Below, one piece after another: positions 8,713 to 16,994 of a stretch of DNA of 46,717 nt. The stretch is from Lentisphaeria bacterium. GTDB lineage: Bacteria; Verrucomicrobiota; Lentisphaeria; JABSQK01; JAWLHB01. Each line of letters begins with the position of its first letter. The stretch's first letter is position 1. The translations under genes and the position numbers were made by a program. The stretch is from NCBI GenBank assembly GCA_041690595.1, contig JAWLHB010000026.1:62001-108717 (forward strand). The letters are read 5' to 3'. Under the pieces are notes generated by a model. The model made no database searches, was not told the DNA's origin, and saw only the letters and a program-made list of their open reading frames with translations.

Positions 8713-9756
8713 TCAGAACGGGCCGCGAAACTCCATCTCCCGCAGGTCACGCCGCTCTTCCGGCAGCCAGTCGTCCGCGATTCCAGTCACCATTCCCTTT
8801 GCTTTGGCGGCAATGGTGCGTGCATTAGGATAATAGAGATTCTCCAATACCGGCGAAGGCGGACAGGCGGTGGGAGCAAAACCGAGCCTTGCTAGCTTCG
8901 GCAGGCGGTCACTCCACTCCGCTTCGGCCATGCAGGCAAGGATCTCCGCCGCGGCCCCGCAGGTGCTCCAACCATTGTCGATCGCCAGCAGGCGACCCGT
9001 CTTGCGCGCCGATGTGAGGATGGTCTCATGGTCGAGCGGCGACAACCAGATCGGGTCGATGACTTCGGCGCTGATGCCGATATCCTCCAGATACTGCGCC
9101 GCGCGATACGCTTCGAGCGCCATATACGAGACCCCGACGATGGTCACGTCCGTGCCCTCGCGCATGATTCGCGCCTTGCCGAGGGGCAACTCGTACATGG
9201 CTTCCGGTACCGCGGCCTTCGTGAAGTGCAGCAGTCGCTGTTCCACGTAAAGGACGGGATTCGGCTCACGAACAGCTGCGATCAAGGCCCCTTTTGCATC
9301 ATACGGCGTCGTTGGCGCTACCACCCGTATGCCGGGAACATTCATCAGTTGGGCATAAAGCCCCTGCGAATGCTGCGCTCCCTGTCCCCAGCTTTTCCCG
9401 ATCATTGCCCGAATGGTCAGCGGCACGCTGGTCTGACCGCCATACATGTAGTGGGCCTTGGCGCCGAGATTCACCAGCTGGTTCATCGCCAGCATCAGGA
9501 AGTCCATGCGGATGTGCACGTGAATCGGTTTGAGCCCCGCCATGGCCATGCCGATGCCGGCCGCCGTCATCGCATCTTCCGAAAGTGGCGTACCGAAGAC
9601 GCGTCTGGCTCCGTACTTCGCGAGCAGGCCCGCGGTCGTGCCCTGGATGGCTTTGGGGTCATCCACATCGAGACCGTAGATCAGAACATCCGGGTCGCTC
9701 TGCATAAGTTGATCGGTGGCTTCCCGCACGGCTTCCACATAGGTGATTTCGCGCAT
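8713..9756 (-). CDS. TPP-dependent dehydrogenase E1 beta subunit-like (transketolase C-terminal family)
   Basis: RVFGTPLSE, GAQHSQ, PTTPYDAKG, GKARIMREGTDVTIV and EVIDPIWLSPLD. Confidence 0.88.
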   Translation of the reverse strand: MREITYVEAVREATDQLMQSDPDVLIYGLDVDDPKAIQGTTAGLLAKYGARRVFGTPLSEDAMTAAGIGMAMAGLKPIHVHIRMDFLMLAMNQLVNLGAKAHYMYGGQTSVPLTIRAMIGKSWGQGAQHSQGLYAQLMNVPGIRVVAPTTPYDAKGALIAAVREPNPVLYVEQRLLHFTKAAVPEAMYELPLGKARIMREGTDVTIVGVSYMALEAYRAAQYLEDIGISAEVIDPIWLSPLDHETILTSARKTGRLLAIDNGWSTCGAAAEILACMAEAEWSDRLPKLARLGFAPTACPPSPVLENLYYPNARTIAAKAKGMVTGIADDWLPEERRDLREMEFRGPF

Positions 9757-9759
9757 GGT

Positions 9760-10740
9760 TCAGCCCTCCCTCGTCTTGTAGACATCACGCAGCAGTTCAT
9801 CGGCAGGCGGCCACGGGCTGCTCTCGGCAAAATCGATGGCAGCCGCCAGTTCTTCTTCCACCACGGCCTCGAGCCGCTGACGCAGATCGGTATCCACCAG
9901 CGTGGCCAGTTGCCGCACCGGGTCATCCTTCCGCCAGATCTCGGCATCGTCTTCAGTGCGGTAACCAAGGTGGAAATCCTCGCCAGGACCGACATGCTCC
10001 TTGTAGCGATAGCACTGGCATTCGAGCAGCCGCGGCCCATCGCCCGCACGGATGCGCTCGATCGTCGCGCCGGCCACTTCATGCAGCGTCATGACGTTGT
10101 TGCCCACCATTTCCGAGGGGACACCGATGGCAGCCGCGCGTCCGGCAATATCGCATCGGGCCTGTCGCTTGCTCTGATGCGTATGGATCGCGTAGAAGTT
10201 GTTCTCGCAGACGAAAAGGATGGGGAGCTGCTTGAGCGCCGCGAAGTTCATGCTTTCGTAGAAAATGCCCTCCTCGCTGGCGCCATCGCCAAAGAAGCAG
10301 ACCACGATGCCGGGCAACTGCCGGTACTGGTGCGCATAGGCATAGCCAGTCGCATTGCCGATGCCCGTACCCACCACCGCCGAGGTGCCGAGCACATTGG
10401 CGGCGCTGTCCACCAGGTGCATCGAGCCGGCCTTGCCCTTGGCGCAGCCGGTCCCCTTCCCGAACAGCTCGGCCATCATGGCGCGAAGATCGCCCCCCTT
10501 GGCCAGGTAGGCCGCGTGGCTGCGATACGACGAAAAGACCACATCGTCCGGGCGCAGGTGCGCGCAGATCGCCACGGCTACACCTTCCTGCCCGATCGAC
10601 AAATGCACCGGGCTGCGTATCTTGTCCGTCGGATACAGGCGCGCAATCTCCTCTTCGGCTCGCCGGATGCGGTAAGCCTGTGCGTACATCTCTCCTGCAA
10701 CATCCATCATGCAAAGTCCTTCTGGCAAAGCTGCCTCCAC
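9760..10740 (-). CDS. TPP-dependent dehydrogenase E1 alpha subunit-like
   Basis: HLSIGQE, YRSH, GKAGSMH and the TPP motif GDGASEEG...ENN, plus YRYKEH. The true start may be ATG 10710. Confidence 0.88.
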   Translation of the reverse strand: MEAALPEGLCMMDVAGEMYAQAYRIRRAEEEIARLYPTDKIRSPVHLSIGQEGVAVAICAHLRPDDVVFSSYRSHAAYLAKGGDLRAMMAELFGKGTGCAKGKAGSMHLVDSAANVLGTSAVVGTGIGNATGYAYAHQYRQLPGIVVCFFGDGASEEGIFYESMNFAALKQLPILFVCENNFYAIHTHQSKRQARCDIAGRAAAIGVPSEMVGNNVMTLHEVAGATIERIRAGDGPRLLECQCYRYKEHVGPGEDFHLGYRTEDDAEIWRKDDPVRQLATLVDTDLRQRLEAVVEEELAAAIDFAESSPWPPADELLRDVYKTREG

Positions 10741-10743
10741 ACG

Positions 10744-12240
10744 TTAACTGCTGAGCGCGCCGGTCGCTTCTTCGACGATGCGGCGGCGAAGCTTGATCTT
10801 CGTCATTCGTTTGATGTGCTCCACTACCTTGCCGCCAAACTTTCGCTCGACCATCCGCAGATAGCCTTCGCTGGAGAAGTAGTCGTCGAAGGCGCGATCG
10901 CGGAACTGCAGGATCTGCCAGGATTCGAGTGCTTCACTGGAGAGGGGCAGCGAGTCATAACCATGCTGCGAGAAGTGATGCCATTTCTCCGGCAGGCGCA
11001 GTCCCGCCGCGACTGCATCGCGATACAGTTTCGATCCCGGATAGGCCATCGCACAGTAGAAGTTGGCAAATTCGCAGTTCAACTCCTTGGCCATGTCCAG
11101 CGTCTGCTTCATGCTCTCGTTGGTGTCATCCGGCAGACCGAAGATGAAATTGCCGAGAACATGAAGGCCGGCGTTCTGAATGCGGCGGACGGTGTCGATG
11201 ATGTCGTCGTTGCCGTAGCGCTTCTCCGCTCCGTCGCGCACGTACTCGCTGGCGCTCTCGATGCCGAGGCAGATCCAGTTGATGCCCGCCCGCTTGAGTC
11301 GCTCCAGAAACTCGTCCTTCACGGTGTCTACCCGCGCGTAAGCCCAGATATTTACCTCGTAATCGCGCTCTGCCAGCAGGTCACAGATACCATTCACATG
11401 ACGCTTGTTGAGGACGAACATCTCGTCGACGAACTTGATATTCCTGACCCCGTACTGGTAGACAAGCTTGTCGATCTCGGCGATGACTGTCTCAGGTTCC
11501 CAGCGCCGGTAGGTGGCGGGACCGAAGGGCGCGTTGATGCAGCAGAACGAACACTTGTATGGGCAGCCGAGGGTGGTATGAATGGAGGCATACGGCGCGC
11601 GTTGGTCTATGTGGTCGAAGCAGTGCCAGTTGTGCGCGCGATAGAGGCTCATGTCCATCAATTCCCAGGCGATGCCGGGCATCTCCGCATCAAGATCCTT
11701 GATGAGGATCTCTGGAGCCGACGGCGGAACGATACGCTTGCCATCGCGCCACCAGAGGCTGGGAATGTCACCGAAAGAGCCACCGCTCTTGAGCGCCATG
11801 AGCGTTCTGTAGATGGTGACGGGCCCTTCGGCATCGCAGGCGAAATCGATCTCCTCCTCGCGCATGGTGCGCTCAGGCAAGGCGGCAATGTGAGTCCCCG
11901 TCATGAGGATCGGCATGGATGGGGAGCCTGCCTTGACAAAACTGGCGATCTCGCCGGCGGCGGTCATGTTCTGCGTGGAGGCCGATGGCTGATACCCATA
12001 GACGGCCAGTACGACAAGGCGGGGGGAATAGAGCTCCAGGGCAAGCTCGGATACCTGGCGCGTGTTCAGCCCCAGCCCGGGCGCGTCGAGAATGGCGACG
12101 CTGATTCCCTTGCGCATCAGGTAAGTCGCATAGAGCCCCGCGAAGGCAGGTGGCTCGATGCCGCAGAACTCGTCCGCCAGATCCTGGTAGATCTCTTTGC
12201 GGTTGCCCGGATTGATAAAAAGAACATCGACTGATTGCAT
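10744..12240 (-). CDS. B12-binding domain radical SAM protein
   Basis: N-terminal cobalamin-binding Rossmann-like region (EPP..AG...ILMTGTH...EGP), CPYKCSFC (CxxxCxxC), FVDEMF, LGIESAS, FIFGLPDDT and YPGS. Confidence 0.92.
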   Translation of the reverse strand: MQSVDVLFINPGNRKEIYQDLADEFCGIEPPAFAGLYATYLMRKGISVAILDAPGLGLNTRQVSELALELYSPRLVVLAVYGYQPSASTQNMTAAGEIASFVKAGSPSMPILMTGTHIAALPERTMREEEIDFACDAEGPVTIYRTLMALKSGGSFGDIPSLWWRDGKRIVPPSAPEILIKDLDAEMPGIAWELMDMSLYRAHNWHCFDHIDQRAPYASIHTTLGCPYKCSFCCINAPFGPATYRRWEPETVIAEIDKLVYQYGVRNIKFVDEMFVLNKRHVNGICDLLAERDYEVNIWAYARVDTVKDEFLERLKRAGINWICLGIESASEYVRDGAEKRYGNDDIIDTVRRIQNAGLHVLGNFIFGLPDDTNESMKQTLDMAKELNCEFANFYCAMAYPGSKLYRDAVAAGLRLPEKWHHFSQHGYDSLPLSSEALESWQILQFRDRAFDDYFSSEGYLRMVERKFGGKVVEHIKRMTKIKLRRRIVEEATGALSS

Positions 12241-12279
12241 GAGAAGCTCTCCGGATTGAATGCCTTGGTCGCTGAATCG

Positions 12280-13233
12280 TCAGAGTGAAAGAGGCGGTTT
12301 GATCATGTGTGCAAGGTACCAGTCACAGGTGGTGCGCAATGCCTCGTGCAGCTCCCATCGGGGCTGCCAACCCATACCGATCAGTTCCGTGGTATCGAGT
12401 GCCTTGATGGGGGCGCCATCTGGTTTAGTAGAATCGAAGACGAGTCTGCCGCCATAGCCGGTAACCTGTCGGATGGCCTCGGCCAGCTCGCCTATGCTGT
12501 AATGCGTGCCGGAACCGATGTTCACCGGCAATGCATCATTATAGGAATTCAGGAGGTACAAACAAGCATCGGCAACGTCATCCACGTAAATGAAATCCCG
12601 GCGCGCCACGCCTGTGCCCCAGATCTCGACCTGCGAGCTCTTCTCCTGCCGCGCGCGAACCATGCGGCGGATAAGGGCTCCGATAACGTGGGCATTCTCT
12701 TCATCGAAGGAATCCCACGGCCCGAAAGGCCCGGACGGAATCGCACAGATCGCCGGTGTTCCGTACTGGCTGCGGCAGGCTTGGGTCAGGATCATGCCCG
12801 AGCGCTTTGCCTGGGCATAGGGCTCGCTCGTTGGCTCGAGGGGACCGGCCCCCAGAACGGAAGGAGTCATGGGCTGGGCGGCATCACGGGGATACACGCA
12901 GGAGCTGCCAAGGTAGAGGATCTTGCGGATGGGTAGTTGCCGCGCCGCGTCCAGGTAGGCCAGAGCGACGTGAAGGTTGTTCATCATCAGCGTGGCAGGC
13001 TCCCGGCGGTTGCGACCGATGCCGCCACATTCGCCCGCGGCTACCAGGATGTAGTCCGGCCGAAACTGTTTCAGCCTGGCGAATACCGCCGCCGCGTCCG
13101 TCGCCTCCGGGGCGCCGGATTCATCCGACTCCACGGAATAGCCTCCCGCGGCCCGCGCCAGCCGAACCACGGCTCGACCGATCAGATGATCCGCTCCAGC
13201 CACAAACAGTCGTATGGAATGCTCAGTTGACAC
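12280..13233 (-). CDS. GDP-L-fucose synthase-like epimerase/reductase (Fcl/ColC family SDR)
   Basis: GGIGRN, LYLGSSCVYP, LEPTSEPYAQAK (YxxxK), HVIGALI, WGTGVARRDFIYVDD and KPDG. The Rossmann motif is degenerate (GADHLIG). Confidence 0.88.
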   Translation of the reverse strand: MSTEHSIRLFVAGADHLIGRAVVRLARAAGGYSVESDESGAPEATDAAAVFARLKQFRPDYILVAAGECGGIGRNRREPATLMMNNLHVALAYLDAARQLPIRKILYLGSSCVYPRDAAQPMTPSVLGAGPLEPTSEPYAQAKRSGMILTQACRSQYGTPAICAIPSGPFGPWDSFDEENAHVIGALIRRMVRARQEKSSQVEIWGTGVARRDFIYVDDVADACLYLLNSYNDALPVNIGSGTHYSIGELAEAIRQVTGYGGRLVFDSTKPDGAPIKALDTTELIGMGWQPRWELHEALRTTCDWYLAHMIKPPLSL

Positions 13234-14254
13234 TCAGCCGATTCTCCTGCTTGACGGTCGAGTAGTCGATCTCCTCGTCGTAGTAGACGATCTGCGAGCC
13301 ATTGGGCTCGAACTCGAATGGCACGTGCAGGCAGTCGCTCAGTTCGAAGCGGATGCGATCATGCTCTTCGGGCGGGGCAAAGAGAAGCATGAATCCGCCG
13401 CCGCCGGCACCCGCCACCTTGCCGCCGATGGCGCCTGCCTTTCTGGCCCGTTCATAGAGGCTGTCGATGAAGGGCGTCGACACCTGTGCACTCAATGACC
13501 GCTTTACCAGCCAGGCTTCATGCAACAGCTCACCGAAGGCTGTGATGTCGCTTTCGCCGGTGATGATTGCCATGGCCGGATCCACCATCTCCTGCAGGCG
13601 CGTCAGCTGCTCGCTGCACTGGGAGATGTCGGCCACATAGCTGCTCGCCACCTGGGCCGCGGTGCGGGAGATGCCCGTGAAGAAGAGCAGCATGTGGCTC
13701 TCCAGCAGCTTGCGCCGTTTCGCCGTCAACGCCACCGGCGTGACGACAAAACTCTCGTCCGACTTGAACTCGATGCGGTTGAGCCCGCCATAAGCCGCCG
13801 AAACCTGATCCTGCGAACCGACCACCTCGCGTATCACATTCTGTTCCACGTGAATGGCTTCCCGCGCCAGCCGCTCACGACTGATCATCTTGCCATGCAG
13901 AGCATTCAAGGCATTGAGCAGGCCGACGGTAAAGGTGCTGCTGGAGCCGATGCCGCTCCGCGCCGGCAGGTCACCGTCGTGGTGCAGCTCCACCCCGCGC
14001 GTCTCGTGCAGGTGCTGCAGGCACGCTTTTACGGCGGGATGCTGGATCTCGTGGGGCTCTTTGACGGTCTCGATTCTGGACCAGACGATGCGCGAACGGT
14101 GCTCGAAGAAGGGGGGCAGATAGCGGCAGGTAATGTAGCAGTACTTGTCGATGGTGGTTGCCAGAACGGCGCCACCGTGCTGCCGGTACCACTGCGGATA
14201 GTCGGTGCCGCCACCAAAGAAAGATAAACGATATGGGGTACGGCTGATGATCAC
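13223..14254 (-). CDS. hddA: GHMP kinase, D-glycero-alpha-D-manno-heptose-7-phosphate kinase-like
   Basis: IISRTPYRLSFFGGGTDYP, LPARSGIGSSST, GSQDQ and GAGGGGF. GTG start at 14254 in a GTGA overlap with the upstream stop. Confidence 0.85.
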   Translation of the reverse strand: MIISRTPYRLSFFGGGTDYPQWYRQHGGAVLATTIDKYCYITCRYLPPFFEHRSRIVWSRIETVKEPHEIQHPAVKACLQHLHETRGVELHHDGDLPARSGIGSSSTFTVGLLNALNALHGKMISRERLAREAIHVEQNVIREVVGSQDQVSAAYGGLNRIEFKSDESFVVTPVALTAKRRKLLESHMLLFFTGISRTAAQVASSYVADISQCSEQLTRLQEMVDPAMAIITGESDITAFGELLHEAWLVKRSLSAQVSTPFIDSLYERARKAGAIGGKVAGAGGGGFMLLFAPPEEHDRIRFELSDCLHVPFEFEPNGSQIVYYDEEIDYSTVKQENRLSVN

Positions 14255-15006
14255 GTTGAAGCCTCCGGTGTGGTGGCGGGTGCGTCGAAGAAATGCGAGG
14301 CTTGCCGCAGCCGTTCCGGGGTCCCGATATCCAGGAAGCGACCAGCTGCCTGGACACCATGGAGACCGCTGCCGATCCATGCGGGGAAAATATCGCGTTC
14401 AAGCGAGAGCGGTCGCCGCGCGGGTAGACCGGCGAGTGCCTTTCGGGTGAAGAGATAGATGCCGGCGTTGATCCAGCCCGGGCCGCTATGCTCGCCCTTT
14501 TCGCGAAAGTCGGTAATGGCGCCGTCCCGGGCCTGCTCTACCTGGCCGAAGCTGCTGCACTCCTCCACGTGTGTGAGGAGCAGGCTGGCAGGCGCCTCGC
14601 GGGCGATGGCTTCGGTCACGAACGCGGAGAGGTTGGCGGCGATATAGCTGTCGCCATTCATGACCAGGATGTGCTTGCTCTTCAGGTGTGGCAAAGCCAG
14701 CACCAAGGCCCCGCCGGTCCCGGCAGGTTCATCTTCGAAGGAGTATTCGAGGCTGAGGCTGTTGAAGCTGTCGCCCAGAAGCGCACGAACGGCTTCCGCG
14801 CGATAGCCCAACCCCAGCACCACCCGGCTACAGCCATGCTCCTCCACCTGGCGCAGCAGGCGATGGATAAAGGGCTCGCCATGGATCGGGGTCGTCACCT
14901 TCTGCTCGTTGCCGATAGCGGCTTTGAGCCTGGTACCGAGCCCTCCGGCAAGGATGAAGGTGTCGATCTCCTTCAGAGCATGCATGTTGGCATCAGCTTT
15001 AGACAT
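14251..15006 (-). CDS. hddC: Sugar-1-phosphate nucleotidyltransferase, D-glycero-alpha-D-manno-heptose-1-phosphate guanylyltransferase-like
   Basis: ILAGGLGTRL, EDEPAGTGGA, VMNGDS, FREK, INAGIY, SLERDIFP and FLDIGTPE. Coupled to the hddA-like kinase. Confidence 0.8.
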   Translation of the reverse strand: MSKADANMHALKEIDTFILAGGLGTRLKAAIGNEQKVTTPIHGEPFIHRLLRQVEEHGCSRVVLGLGYRAEAVRALLGDSFNSLSLEYSFEDEPAGTGGALVLALPHLKSKHILVMNGDSYIAANLSAFVTEAIAREAPASLLLTHVEECSSFGQVEQARDGAITDFREKGEHSGPGWINAGIYLFTRKALAGLPARRPLSLERDIFPAWIGSGLHGVQAAGRFLDIGTPERLRQASHFFDAPATTPEAST

Positions 15007-15937
15007 TCGTGTACTGCGACCGCACCAGCATCCGGTAGCCCTTGATCAATTCGCCGATGCCGTACCGCAGACTCCGGCGGGCTTCGAAACCGCTCTCGCG
15101 CAGCCGCTGGTTGCTCACAATGTAGTTGCGCTTGTCCGGGTCTTCGCCAATTTCGGCATAGTGAACGAAGAAGGTCGGCACCTGCTCTTTGATGGCTTCG
15201 GCCAGCTCCGCTTTCGAGAGATTGGCATCATCCAGCCCGGCATTGTACGGTCGCCCCTTCATCGCATCACGATTCCGCAGGACATGCTGGAAGGCATCCG
15301 CTACATCGCGCACGTGAATGTAGTTGCGTTTGAAATCTTTCTCGAAGATGACGATATATCCGTCGGTGACGGCGACATACGTGAAATGATTCACCAGCAG
15401 ATCCAAGCGCATGCGGGGGGAGCAGCCGAAGACCGTTGCCAAACGCAGCGTTACGACATTGTCGCTGTCGAGCAGCAGGTTTTCGGCATCGCATTTGGTG
15501 CGTCCGTAGAGGCTGATCGGCTCGAGGGCGGTCTCTTCGGTGCAGAAGGTTTCGCCGGTGTTGGCGCCGTAGCCGCTGTTTGTATTGGGGTAGATGACGA
15601 ACTGGTCACGGCTGCGAAGTCGGTTGAGAAGCTCGATGGCTCCAAAGTTGGTGGTGCGGGCCGCGGTCTGGTCCATGTCACAGGCCTTGGCCCCGACGAT
15701 GGCGGCCAGGGGAATGACGGCGTCTGCTTTGGTCAGGAGAGGCTTGAGGATCCCCTCGTCACGAGCATCGCCTCGAACAAAGTCGAAGGCGTCGTAGTGG
15801 CACAGGTGCAATAGGCTGCTGACCGCATGATGGCCCGCATCGAGCACCGTAACCACATAACCAGACTGCAACAGGTGCTCGCAGAGGATGGAGCCAAGAT
15901 AGCCGGCTCCGCCAGTTATCAGAATCCGTTCGGGCAT
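14999..15937 (-). CDS. NAD-dependent SDR epimerase/dehydrogenase, Cj1427-like GDP-heptose 4-dehydrogenase
   Basis: TGGAGYLGS, IPLAAIVGA, YPNTNSGYG, PISLYGRTK, RLATVFG.SPRMRLDLLVN and IGEDPDKR. These match my recollection of Campylobacter jejuni Cj1427 (not aligned here). Start placed at ATG 15937. Confidence 0.78.
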   Translation of the reverse strand: MPERILITGGAGYLGSILCEHLLQSGYVVTVLDAGHHAVSSLLHLCHYDAFDFVRGDARDEGILKPLLTKADAVIPLAAIVGAKACDMDQTAARTTNFGAIELLNRLRSRDQFVIYPNTNSGYGANTGETFCTEETALEPISLYGRTKCDAENLLLDSDNVVTLRLATVFGCSPRMRLDLLVNHFTYVAVTDGYIVIFEKDFKRNYIHVRDVADAFQHVLRNRDAMKGRPYNAGLDDANLSKAELAEAIKEQVPTFFVHYAEIGEDPDKRNYIVSNQRLRESGFEARRSLRYGIGELIKGYRMLVRSQYTNV

Positions 15938-15995
15938 GATCGATCTACTGGTTAAGTTTGAAAACTGCGACGATTGCGCTCTCAACCGTCAGTCA

Positions 15996-16023
15996 ACTAT
16001 ATTGCCGGCTCAAACAGTTGCAA
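15996..16023 (-). promoter_or_regulatory. Candidate internal sigma70 promoter for the NDP-sugar genes
   Basis: Minus strand TTGCAA (16018-16023), 16 bp, TATAGT (15996-16001), in the only large gap of the operon. Confidence 0.35.
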
Positions 16024-16084
16024 TGACGAATGGCTGGAATCGAACTGATTGCTGATGGCGAGGAGCCTCACCGTTGCTCGCGCA

Positions 16085-16915
16085 TCAGCATGAATTGATA
16101 ACCTTGGTTCTGGCTTGCTCGGACAGGCGAATACTTTGCTCGATTCGTGCCTGGCAGGCGGCTGGATCGGGGGGAGGCAGCGGGTATGCTTTGTCAGGCT
16201 TGGGCCGATAGAATATCTCGCGAAAGGTCTGTACCAGGTAAACGGCTCCCCATCGCCAGATCTGCAGCTTTCGCTCCCCTCCGATGCGATCTGGTTCGTC
16301 ACCGGGTATCTCATCGATCCTGCACTTGTTCGCGGCAGCGCGTATGGATAACAGCGGTTCGCAGCCCGAAACGGTGCCGAAGATCCGCTCCATGGGTTGA
16401 TAGGCCGACTCGCTGAACATATCCAGCTCATAAGCGAGCTGAGTGCGATAGGCGCGATACATGACCATGCAATCCGTGTACCTGCCGCCATGAAACAGGT
16501 TGATCAGGCGGTTGAACATCCAGTTGCCGAAGGCGGTGATGGTATCGTCCTCGTCGCTCTTGGCGTCATCCTTGTACCGAGAGACAATGACCATGTCATA
16601 GCCCTCGCGCATCTTGGCAATGAGCGGGGGCAGGCGATCGGCCAGCGAGCCGCCATCTGGCGCGAAGGTGATGACGATGTCGCCGCGAATGAGAGGCCAA
16701 GCCTCCTCGTAGGCTTTGCGGATGCCTCTTGCCTCCTGAACATAGACATCGTACCCTTGCTCCAGGCAGTATTCGATGGTACCATCGGTCGACCCACCAT
16801 CCACCACGAGGATCTGGTCGATCCACGTGGGATCGATATCCGGCATGGTAGCCTGGAGACCGGGCAGTTCATTCCAGGTCACCAGCATGAGTGTGATTGA
16901 AAGTGGTTTGTCCAT
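16085..16915 (-). CDS. Glycosyltransferase family 2, polyprenol-phosphate glycosyltransferase (DPM1/GtrB-like)
   Basis: TWNE, ILVVDGGSTDGT, GDIVITFAPDG, GYDMVIVSRY, YTDCMVMYRAY and RIGGERK. Start placed at ATG 16915 (ORF extends to 16972). Confidence 0.85.
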   Translation of the reverse strand: MDKPLSITLMLVTWNELPGLQATMPDIDPTWIDQILVVDGGSTDGTIEYCLEQGYDVYVQEARGIRKAYEEAWPLIRGDIVITFAPDGGSLADRLPPLIAKMREGYDMVIVSRYKDDAKSDEDDTITAFGNWMFNRLINLFHGGRYTDCMVMYRAYRTQLAYELDMFSESAYQPMERIFGTVSGCEPLLSIRAAANKCRIDEIPGDEPDRIGGERKLQIWRWGAVYLVQTFREIFYRPKPDKAYPLPPPDPAACQARIEQSIRLSEQARTKVINSC

Positions 16916-16994
16916 GTTCGGCGGTTTGATCCTGTCTGGGGGTGTCGATTGAACCGATAAAATAGGAGTCAAGCGTGAGCTTTCAAGCCGTAGC

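Noticed and set aside
8713..10740. Housekeeping pyruvate or acetoin dehydrogenase
   Set aside because: No E2/E3 genes are present, and the pair is embedded in an NDP-sugar operon.
9028..12234. 1068-aa plus-strand ORF
   Set aside because: Antisense shadow of the E1beta, E1alpha and radical SAM genes. It has no recognisable motifs, and such ORFs are expected from high-GC codon bias.
14255..14380. N-terminal extension of the kinase ORF
   Set aside because: It overlaps hddC. The family N-terminus (MIISRTP) begins at GTG 14254.
7520..15937. Lincosamide- or aminoglycoside-type antibiotic cluster
   Set aside because: The PLP enzyme lacks the aminotransferase Lys. There are no condensation, resistance or export genes, and the GT2/GT-C pair points to envelope glycosylation.
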